DNA of 64,000 nucleotides from Vitrella brassicaformis CCMP3155 (lineage: Eukaryota > Protista > Chromerida), in NCBI GenBank assembly GCA_001179505.1, contig CDMY01000227.1:1-64000 (forward strand), given 5' to 3'. The notes below the pieces were generated by a model. That model worked only from the letters and a program-made list of their open reading frames with translations. It made no database searches and was not told the DNA's origin. The position numbers and the translations under genes are program-made. Numbering within the stretch: the stretch's first letter is position 1; every line of letters begins with the position of its first letter. Shown piece by piece: positions 22,934 through 35,578 of this stretch.

Positions 22934-23889
22934 TCAGCCCTGGGCCTCCTCGTCAGCTGCCACCGCCTCCTCGTCAGCTGCCACCGCCTCCTCGTCAGCT
23001 GCCACCTCTTCTCCCTCTGCCTCTGCCTCCTGTGCCTCTGTCTCGTGTCCTTCGGGCTGCTCCTCCGCTGCTGCATCCTGAGCATCATCAGCGGCCGCGT
23101 GCATCTCTGCCAGTGGCTCCTCATCTCCCTGGGGCTGTTCCGCCTCCTCTGCAGCGGCCGCCACTTCCTCAAGCTGCATCTGCTCCTGCTGCTGCAGCAG
23201 CGCCGCTTCGTTGTCCTCTTCCTTGGGGGCGGGCACCTCAGCTTCCTGCTCATGTTCAGTAGCGGGGATCTCGCCCGGCAGGACGGCCATCTCCTGCTCT
23301 GTCTCCTTCTCCGGTGCGGGGGCTTTCTTGTCGCCCGTGTCTGTGTCCTCCTCCGGCTTGTCGGCCGTGGCGATGGTTGTCAGGGGCTCCTCTTTGGTCT
23401 GGGGGTCTTCGGCGCCGATGGGGCTGCCCTCCTCGATTTGCTGCACCTCCTCGTCCTTCACCTTGCTCCATCCCCTGGCGACGGGCGCGCCCTTGAGGAC
23501 GATGACGGCACCCCCCACAAGGGCGCCGACAAAGATGACGCAGAGGATGAGGATGATAAACACACCAGCTGCATGTACGTGAGAGTCCGAACAGCGGAAG
23601 CAAACACATGAAGATGAAGTGCACGGGGCCCGGCGCTGGAGGGACTTACCGAGGCCTTCCTCCCCAACACAGTCGGACGAGAAGTCAAACGCGCTGCAAC
23701 CAGCTGCCCCTGCACGCACCAAGGACCACGGTGAGTCGCCACAACCTCACAGGCACAACCTCACAGGCAAGAGATGGCAGAACACACACACACAGAGAGG
23801 TGAGTGGGTTGCTTGCCTGTGAGGTTGGCGACACACCAGAAGACGAGCAGCAGGAGGGACATTGTCAACTTGGTGAAGGGCAGTGTCAT
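22934..23889 (-). CDS. Predicted type I membrane protein with tiny ectodomain and long acidic tail
   Basis: Spliced MTLPFTKLTMSLLLVFWCVANLTG-AAGCSAFDFSSDCVGEEGL-AGVFIILILCVIFVGALVGGAVIVL, then an E/A-rich tail ending in (EEAVAAD)-type repeats. The first intron needs a GC donor at 23816. Confidence 0.7.
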
Positions 23890-23976
23890 CGTGTGGGGGG
23901 AGAGGGAAAGAGACGAGGAGGGCCGGCCCGGGGTGGGGGCTGCGAGATAGCCCCCCGTCTTTGCACCGCAGCAGAC

Positions 23977-26900
23977 ATGATGGCGTTGTTGAAGGGCCTG
24001 TCAGGCCTTGAGGACTACGAGAGGCACCTTTACCAGCCATCCATCGCCGGTACGTCGAAAGCGCAATGCACTAAGGCCCCACTGCAGTGTGGCATTCGCC
24101 TTCCTGCTTTTGTGTGCCCGTGTGCCAGAGGAGGATGAATCGCTGGACGCCGAGTCGGATCACCCAGCCCTGCCACCGCCGATCCGCCGATCCCCTCCTG
24201 CCTACCATGCCCATCACGCCCTGCCGCGACTCGCCCCATCGGCCACGCATCGGCGGCCGGACTACAATGACGATGAGAGCTCATCTGAGTCGGCCGACGA
24301 TGCAGATGATGCAGAGGAAGACACGGATGAAGACAATGAGTCATTGCAGGCTGAGGGCGAGGGCAAGGAGGAGGAGGGAGAAAGCGAGGGAGACAGAGAG
24401 GCAGAGGGCAGAGACAACCATGATGCCCTGATAGCTAAGGACGAGGATATCGACGAGACGGAGAGCGCTGTGCCAACTCCTCGGTCAGAGGAGAATGAGT
24501 ATGAACGGCCGGATACAAGAGCCAGGGGACGGCGTGGCGGACAACGAAGAGGCGGGCCATCTGGGCTTGGGGGCCGGGAGACACGGGCAGTCAGCTGTGG
24601 GCATTCGGCAGCTACCGCCGCTGCCGCTGCTGCAAAGAAGAGGGAGACGGCCGCAGCGGCCAAGAAGAAAAAGAAGAAGGTGGCCAAAATGTGTTTCTAT
24701 CTCCAGACACACTACGACCTGATCCGGGATGTGTGCGAGAGCTTTCCACATTGGAAAGAGGTCGAGAACGAAGACGACGACTGGGTGGGTGGCTGGGTGA
24801 GAGGAATGTTTAAGGCGCCGATGGACAGCCGCCTCTGTCTGCTGCTGCATCTATGCAGGATTTGTTTTGGACGGATGGTGCAATCCCTGCCGACCGGCTG
24901 CTTCGTATGAGGCCTTACCAGAAGATCAACCACTTTGTCGGCACGTGTGCCATAGCAAGGTTCTTCAAGACACGCATCGGGGATCACTGCAGAAGCGTCC
25001 ATCGTCTTTTTCCCCCTGCGTACTCAGAAAGAATTTTCTTGGTCGGAATTTGCTGCGGATGAAGAAGTTCTTCCCGAAGGCGTATCGATATTTCCCACAG
25101 ACATGGATACTTCCAACAGGTGAATAGGCGCCCTTTCCGTGGATCCACATCGCTCACACTCTCGCTTCTCTGTCTGTCAGACACATCGAGCTTCAAGGCT
25201 CAGTTCTCGAATCGTCGAAAGCCCAAGACCTTCATTTTGAAGCCCGAGGCCATGAGCCAAGGGAGGGGCATCCAACTCATACGACGGTTTGAGGATGTCA
25301 ACCTCACGGAGAGATATGTCGCACAGAGGTAAGGTGGTGTGTATGTGTATACGGGCGGGGACCAATCGATCGGCGCTATGTATGCGTGGTGGGGATGTGT
25401 ATGCAGGTATGTCCACAAGCCTCTCTTGGTGGACGGGCTGAAGTTCGACCTAAGGCTCTACGTGCTGCTCACGGGATGCGACCCTCTCAGAGTGAGACAC
25501 GGCACACAACCGAAAACACGGGACTGCAGTTTCCCCTCTTATTTCCTCAGATATTTCTGCATCAAGAGGGTCTTGTCCGCTTCGCCACCGAGAAGTACGC
25601 CCCGCCGAACAGCAAGAACCTCAATCGCTGTCGGATGCACCTGACCAACTACGCCGTCAACCGAGGATCGGCTCACTTCGAGCAGCCTGACAGCAGACAT
25701 GAGGCTCTCTCGGGACACAAGCGGAGCCTCAAGCAGTTCATGCAGATTCTGGCGAGCAAAGTGAGTGATCGATGCCTTCCTTCACACATCGCATGGTGCG
25801 TGTCTCATCCAATTGCTGGTGTCTCTTCAGGGATGTGACGTGCCCGGTTTGATGGCCGAGGTCGAGGAAATGATCGTCAAGACGGTTGTGGCGGTGCAGC
25901 CGACTCTGGCGCACGTGTACCACAGCTGCCAGCCGCACGACATGCCCAACCAGATGTCATTCGAGGTCCTCGGATTCGACATACTCATCGACCACCGATT
26001 CAAGCCATGGCTCATCGAGGTGAGAACACGCCGAAAAGCTGCCTCGTTCAGCTCATCATTCTCTTTGTTTGTTTGTTGTTTGCCATTGGTGCAGGTGAAT
26101 CACTCTCCCTCGTTCAGTGTGGACTCGCCACTCGACCGGCACGTCAAGTTCCACGTCCTCCGCGACGCACTCGCACTCCTCAATATCAAACCTGAGAACA
26201 GACGCAAGTAATTACCAACACACCGTCCATTTGGGCACGTGTGTGGTCATCCGTCTCGTCAGGTATCAGGCGAGCTTGAAGGCTCAGCTTGCATCCCGTC
26301 TGATGCGCGGCAGAAGAAAGAACGCCACTGTGGCGGAGCGGCGGGCGGACCGCGCTGTCGCAGTGGCTCGCGTGGCTGAGCAGCGATCACAGTGGGAAGA
26401 GGCCTACCTGCCATACACAGGTCAGTGCCGGCCTGCCTTTCTCTCAAGGGCTCTTAACATGCTTGTGTACTTATTTGTCTCCAGGCTATAAGCGCCTCTA
26501 CCCCACTCCTGAGCGCGAGAAATCCATGGTGCCGTTCTTTGACGCCGCCTTGCAGATATGGGAGACACTCACTGGTGTCTCGCAGGCACACCTTCGCAGC
26601 AATACACTGCCGATGACGGAGAACGGCAAGGGCGACAAAAAGAAGGGCCCCAAGGCCAACGCAGAGGGAGGGGCAGGGAAGTCAAGGACGCCCACCGAGG
26701 GAAGGAAGAGCCAGGCACCGACGCACGGCCGATCCAAGTCTGTCCACCCCGGCAGCAGCAGCGGCAAGCGGCACACTCACTTCGATCCGGACTCTCGCAA
26801 GCGTATTTCATCATCGAACCGTCGCGCCGTCCGTTGTGGGTCCTTCTCTACCCTGCCAACCACGGCCGATCTTGGGGAGACAGAGATCGACTACAGCCAC

Positions 26901-27779
26901 CTCAACTACCACCCCGTCGGCACCTTCAGCATCCCCCGCCCGTCGACCCCTCCATCTTTCACGTCATTTGTGAGGCCGCAGGAGTGCCTCCGCCCCAAGT
27001 CGGGGCTCGTGAGACGACAACATGACATGCTGACGCCTGACTGGGTGCACTGTCTCAGAGACACCACGCAGAACAGACTGCCCGATGAGCACACCGGCAG
27101 ACTATCGGTGATATACCAGCGGCCATTCGCGGAGAGGGCACAGCAGTCCATGACGCCGCCCGACTCCCCGCACATATCGTCTCCCGCGAGACACCGGCAA
27201 ACGCGGCCTTTGATGCGCATCGAGGTGCCAAGAAGGGATGAGACGGGCAGCAGGCTGGGCGGCGTTCATGATGGGGTGGAGGGGAGAAGCGCACCCACCA
27301 CACGCGAGCGGCATGAACGGGAGAGGAGGAGACGAGGGCTGCGGAAGACAGACAGCCCAATGATCCCAGCGTTCTCGCCCGGATGCAACCCTTTTGCAGA
27401 CGTGGCCGCCATCTACCCGCCCCCATTCAAGGTGCGCTCCTCACTTCTCGCCCAGCCTCCCCCACACCTCCCCTTCCCATTCGGTCCCAGCCCCGCCTCA
27501 ATCACAACAGCCGACAGAAGAGACGAAGCCAATGACAACACCGCTCAAGTCGACACCGAGTCGCTGTTCGTACAGGGTGGGGGATATAGGAAAAGGGTCG
27601 CGGTTGCACGCCAGGTTGCGTCACCCCCCCTGTCGTGCAAAGGCAGGAGGGTTCAGGCAAAGGACGGGCAGAGGGCCAAGGGAAGCCCCGTGCAGCGGTG
27701 GGTGCCGGAGATGAGCCGGCCCATGTGTGATGACGAGACATCTGTGCTGGGACTGTTTGCGCGGGAGGGGCATTGCTAG
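23977..27779 (+). CDS. Tubulin polyglutamylase, TTLL6/13-like
   Basis: DLFWTD, YQKINHF, FPQTWILP, FILKPEAMSQGRGI, KPLLVDGLKFDLRLYVL, EGLVRFATEKY, MHLTNYAVN, FEVLGFDIL and KPWLIEVNHSPSF motifs. Confidence 0.92.
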
Positions 27780-28226
27780 GGAGGGCTGTGTGTGAAGGTA
27801 TGCGTGCGTCTGTCTGCGTGTGAAAGGATACGCTGACGTGACTGACTGGGTGCAGCCAGCGATGCTTACAGAGAGAGGGTTGTGCTCTTTCTGTTGCTGT
27901 CTGTGCATTTATTGTTTTGCGTGCATTCAGTCGTCCTGCAGTCCATTTGTTCATTCATTGCAAGAAGGTCCTTGCAACCGATACGATATGCATACAAGTA
28001 CATCATGTGTCAGTACGTCTGAATGCAGTGCAGCAAGCCTTGCCTTTCTGCCCCACCCCACCCCACCCCGCCCACCCACACACGAATTCACCTTCAGCAA
28101 ATGAACACGAGCGCGCGATGAGAAAGTCTGCACAGCCCCTAGATCAGAGATAGAGGAGCCCTAGGGATTTGTATACACACCACCACCTATCCACACTCCA
28201 GCCTCTTTCCCCGCGCGCATGTCGGT

Positions 28227-29046
28227 CTAGATGGCGCCGGCCGCGGACAAGTAGCCCACAAACAGATGCACTGCACGCAGACACCACACACACAGGCACG
28301 TGCTGTGAGTTACATGCTTTCCTGTCAGCCGCGTACCTGCCATGGCACCCATGAGAGTCAGATTGCCGACGAACCCGATCGGCCTGAAGATATGCGCCTT
28401 CTCGAAGGCATCGGACCGCAGCAGCGCGTACGTGTGCATCGTCTGAATGACAGAAGCCACAGTGAGAACCCGCCTCACGAAGAGTGAGTGTCTTTGGTAC
28501 GTGTCTGTGGTGGTGCATGTCACGTCACCTACCCGCAGCACGAAGAAGATTCCGCCATAGATGTAGAGGGCGAGCTCTGTGAGCCCATACCCGACACCCT
28601 CAACAGACGCGGCAAGCGTCAGCCCAAGCAACAGCAGCAAGTGAACAGCAATCTGCAACACTCACAGACACACATAGAGAGCCACCGCGCTGTGCCAGTC
28701 GTCACTCCAACGCTCACTCACCATCTCAGTGTGATTGCCGTGGGCCCTGCTGTACTGAGTAAGGAGGAGGGAGGTGTCCCTGCTTACGTGCGCCTCGCCA
28801 TCCTCTGAGTCAGCCTGAAACGAAAGGCATACCCGCGAGCACATCCAAGCAGGACACAACCATGAATGTCGTCAGCACGGCCCTTCTCCGTGTCTGCTCT
28901 CTTCTCACCTTGGCGGCTCCCGAGCCGAATAGCACACCCGTTTTGACTCGTGTGATTGCAGTGATGAACGATAGAGCCAGATTCTCCAATGCGTTGAGGA
29001 CAGTGAACAGCAGCACGGGGGCGACGACAGATGCCTCCAAAGCCAT
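28227..29046 (-). CDS. MAPEG family membrane protein (microsomal GST-like)
   Basis: Four hydrophobic segments, the signature QYSRAHGNHTE, and a helix-IV HIFRPIGF motif. Ends GYLSAAGAI*. Confidence 0.7.
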
Positions 29047-30097
29047 TTCGTTCGACAGGGTAGGACGTCGATATGTGGAAGAGGACGTGTGCGGCAGGTA
29101 CAGATGGTGAAGTGAAGGCTGACTTGTAGAAGCAGTGCAGTTTTCGCTGGATCTCGTCGCAGATGCGTAGCGGAGTGGACGAATGTCAGTGTGGACGTCC
29201 TGGAAAGCATTCCCAGGAGGTGCTGGAAAGCATCCTTCAGAACTTTTGCATTTCTTCTGTGAGAGGAGCTATCTTAGCTCGCAAGATGTGCTCAGGACAT
29301 TACGTGAAACCGCTCTCTTGGGTTTCATTGCAGAAGTTGAGGGCCAGCTGCATCCTATGAAACTTGTGTTTGGCAGGGAAGAGTCATTCATTCACCGAAA
29401 TGGACTACGCACTCGACGGGTGAGAGAAGGGATACCAGAAAGCCAAGCAAGGCTGAAGCAACGCACGATGAGTTATGGCGCCGGTCGGTGTGGTGCAGAT
29501 GATTGCAATGCGACTGCGTGAGCAGCTCTTGCCGCAGCGTGTGTTCACGCTTTTGATCATAGGATGCCTTCAGATGAACCAGACTCAGGTACTCAGCCAA
29601 CCAGCGCATTGACTCGCTCATCCATTCAACGCCTCCATCGCTCATGGCCGCTTGGTTGCCCTCTCTGTTGGTTGTGTGTGCAGCGTGTGCAGGTCAACGC
29701 TGCCATCGCTGCTGCACAACACTGCTAAGGGCCTGGCTATCGTCTCCCTCTCACCTGAATCGCCCATCTGCCTTTCTGGTATGAATGGGTGTGGACACGG
29801 AAAGGGAACGAGGGCACGAAAATGGACGTATATGTGTTTGTGTTCGTGTGCGGGTCCATGCGTCGTCGTTGTGCTGTTGTGGTGTTGTCTGGCAGGTTGT
29901 TTTTCGCACTCTTCTGTCGCCTCGCTGTTCCGTTTGGGTGCGCTGTACAATACTATCTGGTTCGCAATCGCACACACTGACTGGATGGCTGGCTTGAGAG
30001 TGTCCGTCGCGTTGGTGGTGTTGTGTGTGTTGGTGGCAGGTTGTTTTCGCACCCTCTGTCGCATTCACTCTCTGGTCTGGTGCGCATCAAGACCACA

Positions 30098-31961
30098 ATG
30101 CAGACCGACCACACCCTGGGCGGGGCAGAAACGCCAGACGGCGGTGGGCTTAACGCTGTGCGCGGGCCGCTCGAGCAGGAAGACGACCAGGACGACCACA
30201 TGGTACGTCATGCACCACACGGCACACACCATCACCTGCACATACCGCACACACCCACCACACACCTGCACCGCCACACACACCACACACCAACTAGATG
30301 GGTCGGATTCGGTCCTTTCTGTGTGTCGTGTGTGTGCAGCGTGTGCAGGAGGAGGGCGAATCAGCTGATGACAACAACAACACCGGGGTGACTGATTGAC
30401 GCACACACACACACAGCACACGGGCAGACAGATTCCGTTTCTCTGTGTTCTGCCTGACTGCATCAGGGTGGTGACGGCGGGGTGAGTGGTGCTGGTGCTG
30501 GGGGTGGTGCTGGTGCTGGTGGTGGTGGTGGTGGTGCTGGGGGAGGGGCTGGGGGCATCCTGGTATGCAACACGATGTATGGGTCTATCAGTGGGGGGTG
30601 AAGACACAGACGCACAATGTCATCCATCGTGTTTGCGGATGTGTCTGGTTGTCCTGCAGAGCGGCGTGGCTTTGGGGGCCGGGCCGCTCGGTGGCCACAA
30701 CACCCCCGCCAACAACCCCAACAACAGCAGCCAGGGTGCTGGGGGCTCTGGCCAAAACGACAACCCCGACGATCAGGTAAATGGGACGTGTGTGTGTCGC
30801 GCACAGTATCCATCCATCCATCCATCCATCCATGGAATGAATGGATGGATGGATGTGTCGTGTTCGTCTCTCCTCTCCTTCCTCCTGTCCATCAGCTAAT
30901 CGTGCCGGACCCGCGCTCGGTGAGCGATGGGACAGAGAGACGGCCAGCTCATGTGTCACGGATAGATGGATGGATGGATGGATGCCCTTTGCAGTTGCTT
31001 CGTCCACGGTTGATCCCCGGGTCCGTGCCGCTCGTCCGGTTGCCACCCAGGGACAACGTACGTCCGGCTGCCTCCCGGGTGAGCGATGGGAGAGAGAGAT
31101 GGCCAGCTCATGTGTCACGGATGGATGGATGGATGGATGCCCTTTGCAGTTTCGTGCACCGTTGGCCCCCGGGTCCGTACGGCCCAACATCGCCGGGCTG
31201 GGCATGAGGGCTCCGAGGCCGGTAAGCAGCCGCGCTCCGCACAGCAAATAGAGAGATAAATGGGGTGGAGTGGGGTGGGGTGGATCATGGACAGACAGAC
31301 AGACAGAGGGGAGGGATGCCTTATTTGTTTGTATGTATGGTGTCGTCTGTTGTGTTGTGTCGCGTCAGGTGGGCGGCATCCTCGCGGGCCACCCACACGT
31401 GTGGCGTCAGTGGCTCTGCATCGGCGGCGGCCACTACGACACGCGTTACATGGGCCCCGACACGCAGCAAACGATGCCGCCCATGGGCGGTCCGCTCGGG
31501 GTACGTGTACGACGGATGCGGCATGCACGACACGACACACACGCGACAAACAAAGCATTGTGCGTTTGTGTGCATCCCCTTCTCTCTCTCTCTCTCTCTC
31601 TCTTGTCTCTGTCTGGCTGTGCAGGGCCCACCGCTCACGCAGCTGCCGTTGGTCAACAACCAGGTGCCGCTCAACTACAACGGACAGGCGATGGGTCAGT
31701 CAGCACACACAGATCCAAACACACACATGGAAGGGGTGCGAGGAATGGGTGGCTGTGTGCGTGTGGCGTGTGCAGCACCACTGCCACACGGCCCCCGGGC
31801 ACACATGCCCGTCCGGGCTCCCGGACCCATGTCGCCCATGCGGCCCATCATGTGGCCCATCATGCCGCCCCGCCCGGCGTACCAGCGCCCCCCAAACTAC
31901 CCCAACTACGGCCCCCAGCGACCCCCCAACTACCCCCAACTACCCCCAGCGACCCTACTAG
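30098..31961 (+). CDS. Low-complexity Gly/Pro/Asn-rich hypothetical protein, paralog A (5' end uncertain)
   Basis: Short exons collinear with paralog B. The C-terminal YQRPPNYPNYGPQRPPNYP repeat appears to carry a +1 shift in a C-run near 31935. Confidence 0.55.
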
Positions 31962-32247
31962 ACCACTCAGACAGACACACAAGATACCACACAGATGTAA
32001 GCTACACAGACAGACACAGAGAGGGAAGGATAGATGGGATGGACGCACTCACCCACTCGGGATGGGCGTGGCGGTCATGTGTGGCGTCTGTCTGCGTGTG
32101 TGTGACTTGGTGTCAGACGTCCGATCTGCTGTTTCCTTCTGCGATGATCCATCCTGCCGGTAGACATACGTAGATGGGATAGCAGGGGGAGCGAGGGAGA
32201 GGGGGAGGGTTATATAATGTAGCTGTGTGCACACCCATACCATCCGG

Positions 32248-32370
32248 CGACCTCACACAACCACCTCACCCGCCACTGATCGCACCGCGACACACCACAC
32301 ACTGTCACACACTATCACTGTCTGTCTGTCGGGTGCGGTCAGTGGCCGGGGGTGTGGTTGTGTGAGGTCG
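32248..32370. repeat. Imperfect ~44-bp inverted repeat forming a long hairpin
   Basis: Left arm 32249-32292 is gacctcacacaaccacctcacccgccactgatcgcaccgcgaca. The reverse complement of the right arm 32327-32369 is gacctcacacaaccacacccccggccactgaccgcacccgaca. Confidence 0.85.
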
Positions 32371-33166
32371 ACCCATGGCTACACATATCTGTGCCTAGAT
32401 TGATCCATGGTGTGTGTGCGTGTGCGGCGTGGCGCCAGCCCCCTCTTTGCCTTGGCGTGTGCGCGGCCCTTTTCATGTAGGTCAGTCAGTCAGTCTGCAT
32501 ATTTTGGGTTTTTGGCGAGGTGATTGAGCTGGGGGGAACGGGGAGGGGTGGTGTGTATGTGTGTGTATACCGTGGCACTTGGGGGTGGGGGCGGGGGGAA
32601 GGTGTTGGGTGTGATTAGCTTAGAAGGAGCGACGGGATGAGGGAGGGAGACTCACAGACATCGTACTTAACTGAACGAGCGAATGCAATGGAGGCGATTG
32701 TCGACAAGTCTTTCGCAGAGATACGCCACACATTATACAGACAGACAGACACTGACCATCCTTACTCAGCAAATCAAAGGCCGCATCTAGCCATACTGCA
32801 CAGACCATTACCGCACACACCATTACCTGCCGTCTCGTGTTTGGAATGTCCGCGTGCGTCTCTGATCTGTTGACGTCTGCCGCCAGAGACGCAGCCAGGA
32901 GGTAAGGAGGAGGGAAGGGTTCCTCAGCGAAGGGCTGCACTGCACGGCTTGAGGGAAGGACCCGATGAGCTGGCTGTAGTGCATATCGCTGTGTGGGCCT
33001 AGTAGAGAGAGAATGATGGATGGATGAGTCAGTCGCCTTGGCTCAATCAATAACATGACGCGCTGTCTGACAGAGAAATGAATGCCAAGACTCATCACCC
33101 ACTTGAACCCATGAGATGTCCAGTCGATACATCAAGTCACACACATCTCACAACGAAGGCACCGAC

Positions 33167-33201
<35 letters not shown>

Positions 33202-34188
33202 GAGGGGCGGCGATGGCGGCTGTACTTAGCTCTGAGGATGGAGGGCGGGTGGTGACTGTGGACATTTGTGTGTGTGTGTGTGTTGGAAGACAGCCAGTTT
33301 TCCCAGGTGGACCAGCCATTTAGATTTCAGATTTCCGACCACAGACGGGACATCAGAGCAGATCCCCTGGCATCACAGGGCTGCCTCGAGGCAATATTGA
33401 CTACTCTCCTGTGCTGCTCGACGCGTGAGTCAGATCAGCGCATGCAGTCCAATGTAGTCGCCCGGTGCCTTCGTGCAGCTCATGCTCGCGGCAGCGCCCC
33501 GTTTGAGAGCGCATTGAACCGGAGAGGCCAGGTTGCTGAGCTCGCTTGGCCAGGATAGGCGAGCTCCGAGAGAATTCAGTAGCGATGTCGTCCTGGATGT
33601 CGTCGCTCTTGGATAAACTGAGGCGCTTGTGGCCCTTTTCGTTGTGCGCGGGGGAGGAAAATCTCCCAAAGGTCAGTCAGGCGAAGACATGAGCAACAAC
33701 ACACACGCACAAGCGAGATCTCTCCCCTTCGTGTGCTGTGTTGGTCGGTGCGGCATCCATGGGCTGACGGCGCGTAGCCGGTTGGGCAGGAGGTAGGCTG
33801 CAGGACAACACAGTCGGCAGATGGCAATTCACCGTTGGTTGGCGTGCATGTGTGTGTGCAGCAAGGCGCCGAGGGCACTCTGCTGCCGGTGGGGATGCGT
33901 AGCGACGCTGAAGTACGGTCGCCACCAGAGAGAGCCAAACTAGGTCGCACGTCGGCGTCGCGGGTGCTGTGTTTCAGGTCAGCGAGTCTGCTTCGGCCTC
34001 TAACAACAACCACGTCCAGAGCAATGGGACCGAAGAGGTACTTCCATGGCTGGATGACAGCGCCTCCACACACAACACCCACACCCACACACGTGCGTCA
34101 TGTGTGTGTGTGGTTTGCACATCTCTCTGTGCATTGTGTGTGTGCGCGACAGATTGCTGCTGCGGCCCGCCCGTCGGCCACGACTACG

Positions 34189-35578
34189 ATGCACACCAGC
34201 CACACGCTGGGCAGCGGGGCAGCCACCCCAAACGGCGGTGGGCTGGGTGCGGTGCACGAGTCTGTCCAACAGGACGACGACCAGGACGACCACATGGTAG
34301 GTCATGCACCACACACCACACACCATCACCTGCACATACCGCACACACCCACCACACACCTGCACCGCCACACACACCACACACCAACTAGATGGGTCGG
34401 ATTCGGTCCCCTCTGTGCGTCGTGTGTGTGCAGCGTGTGCAGGAGGAGGGCAAATCAGCTGATGACAACAACATCGGGGTGACTGACCGACGCACACACA
34501 CACACAGCACACGGGCAGACAGATTCCGTTTCTCTGTGTTCTGCCTGACTGCATCAGGGTGGTGACGGCGGGGTGAGTGGTGCTGGTGCTGGGGGAGGGG
34601 GCGGGGGCAGTCTGGTATGCAACACGAACAATGGGCCTATCAGTGGGGGGTGAAGACACAGACGCACAATGTCATCCATCGTCTTTGCGGATGTGTCAGG
34701 TTGTCCAGCAGGGCGGCATGACTTCGGGGGCCGGGCCGCTCGGTGGCGGCGGCAACACCCCTGCCAACAACAGCCAGGGTGCTGGGGGCTCTGGCCAAAA
34801 CGACAACATCGATCGGGTGAATGGGACGTGTGTGTGTCGCGCACCGTATCCATCCATCCATCCATCCATCCATGGAATGAATGAATGGATGGATGGATGT
34901 GTCGTGTCCGTCTCTCCTCTCCTTGCTGCTGTCCATCAGCAAATCGTGGGGCACCTGGGCGACCCCCGGACCTTCGCTGACATGGTGAGCGGCGGGAGAG
35001 AGAGACGGCCAGCTCATCTGTCACGGATAGATGGATGGATGGATGGATGCCCTCTGCAGCTTCGTGCAAGTGTTCGTGCACCGCCGGTCCCGCTGGGCGT
35101 GCGCCCCGACATCGCCCGGCTGGGCATGACGGCTCCAAGGCCGGTAAGCAGCCGCACACCGCACAGCAAATAGAGAGATAAATGGGGTGGAGTGGGGTGA
35201 ATCGTGGACAGAGAGAGGGAGGGGAGGGATGCCTTCCTTGTTTGTATGTATGGTGTCGTCTCTTGTGTTGTGTTGTGTTGCGTTGTGTTGCGTCAGGTGG
35301 GCGGCAACCTCGCGGGGGGACTCGGCATCGGCGGCGGCAACTACAACATGGGCACCGGCAGCCAGCAGACCATGCCGCCGATGGGCGGTGCACTCGGGGT
35401 GCGTGTACGACGAATGCAGCATGCACGACACGACACACACGCGACAGATAAGGCATTTTGTGCGTTTGTGTGCTTCCCGTTCTCTCTCTCTCTCTCTCTG
35501 TCTGGCTGTGCAGGGCCCACCGCTCACGCAGCTGCCGCTGGTCAACAACCAGGTGCCGCTCAACTACAACGGACAGGC
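34189..35578 (+). pseudogene. Paralog B of the 30098-31961 gene, 3'-truncated
   Basis: Same exon and intron series as paralog A. Similarity stops abruptly after aactacaacggacaggc (~35578). Confidence 0.7.

Noticed and set aside
29050-30060. ORFs upstream of paralog A
   Set aside because: No motif and no consistent splice phases.
32600-34100. Possible degraded gene or retroelement between the paralogs
   Set aside because: Fragmentary frames with stops, and no RT or other diagnostic motif.
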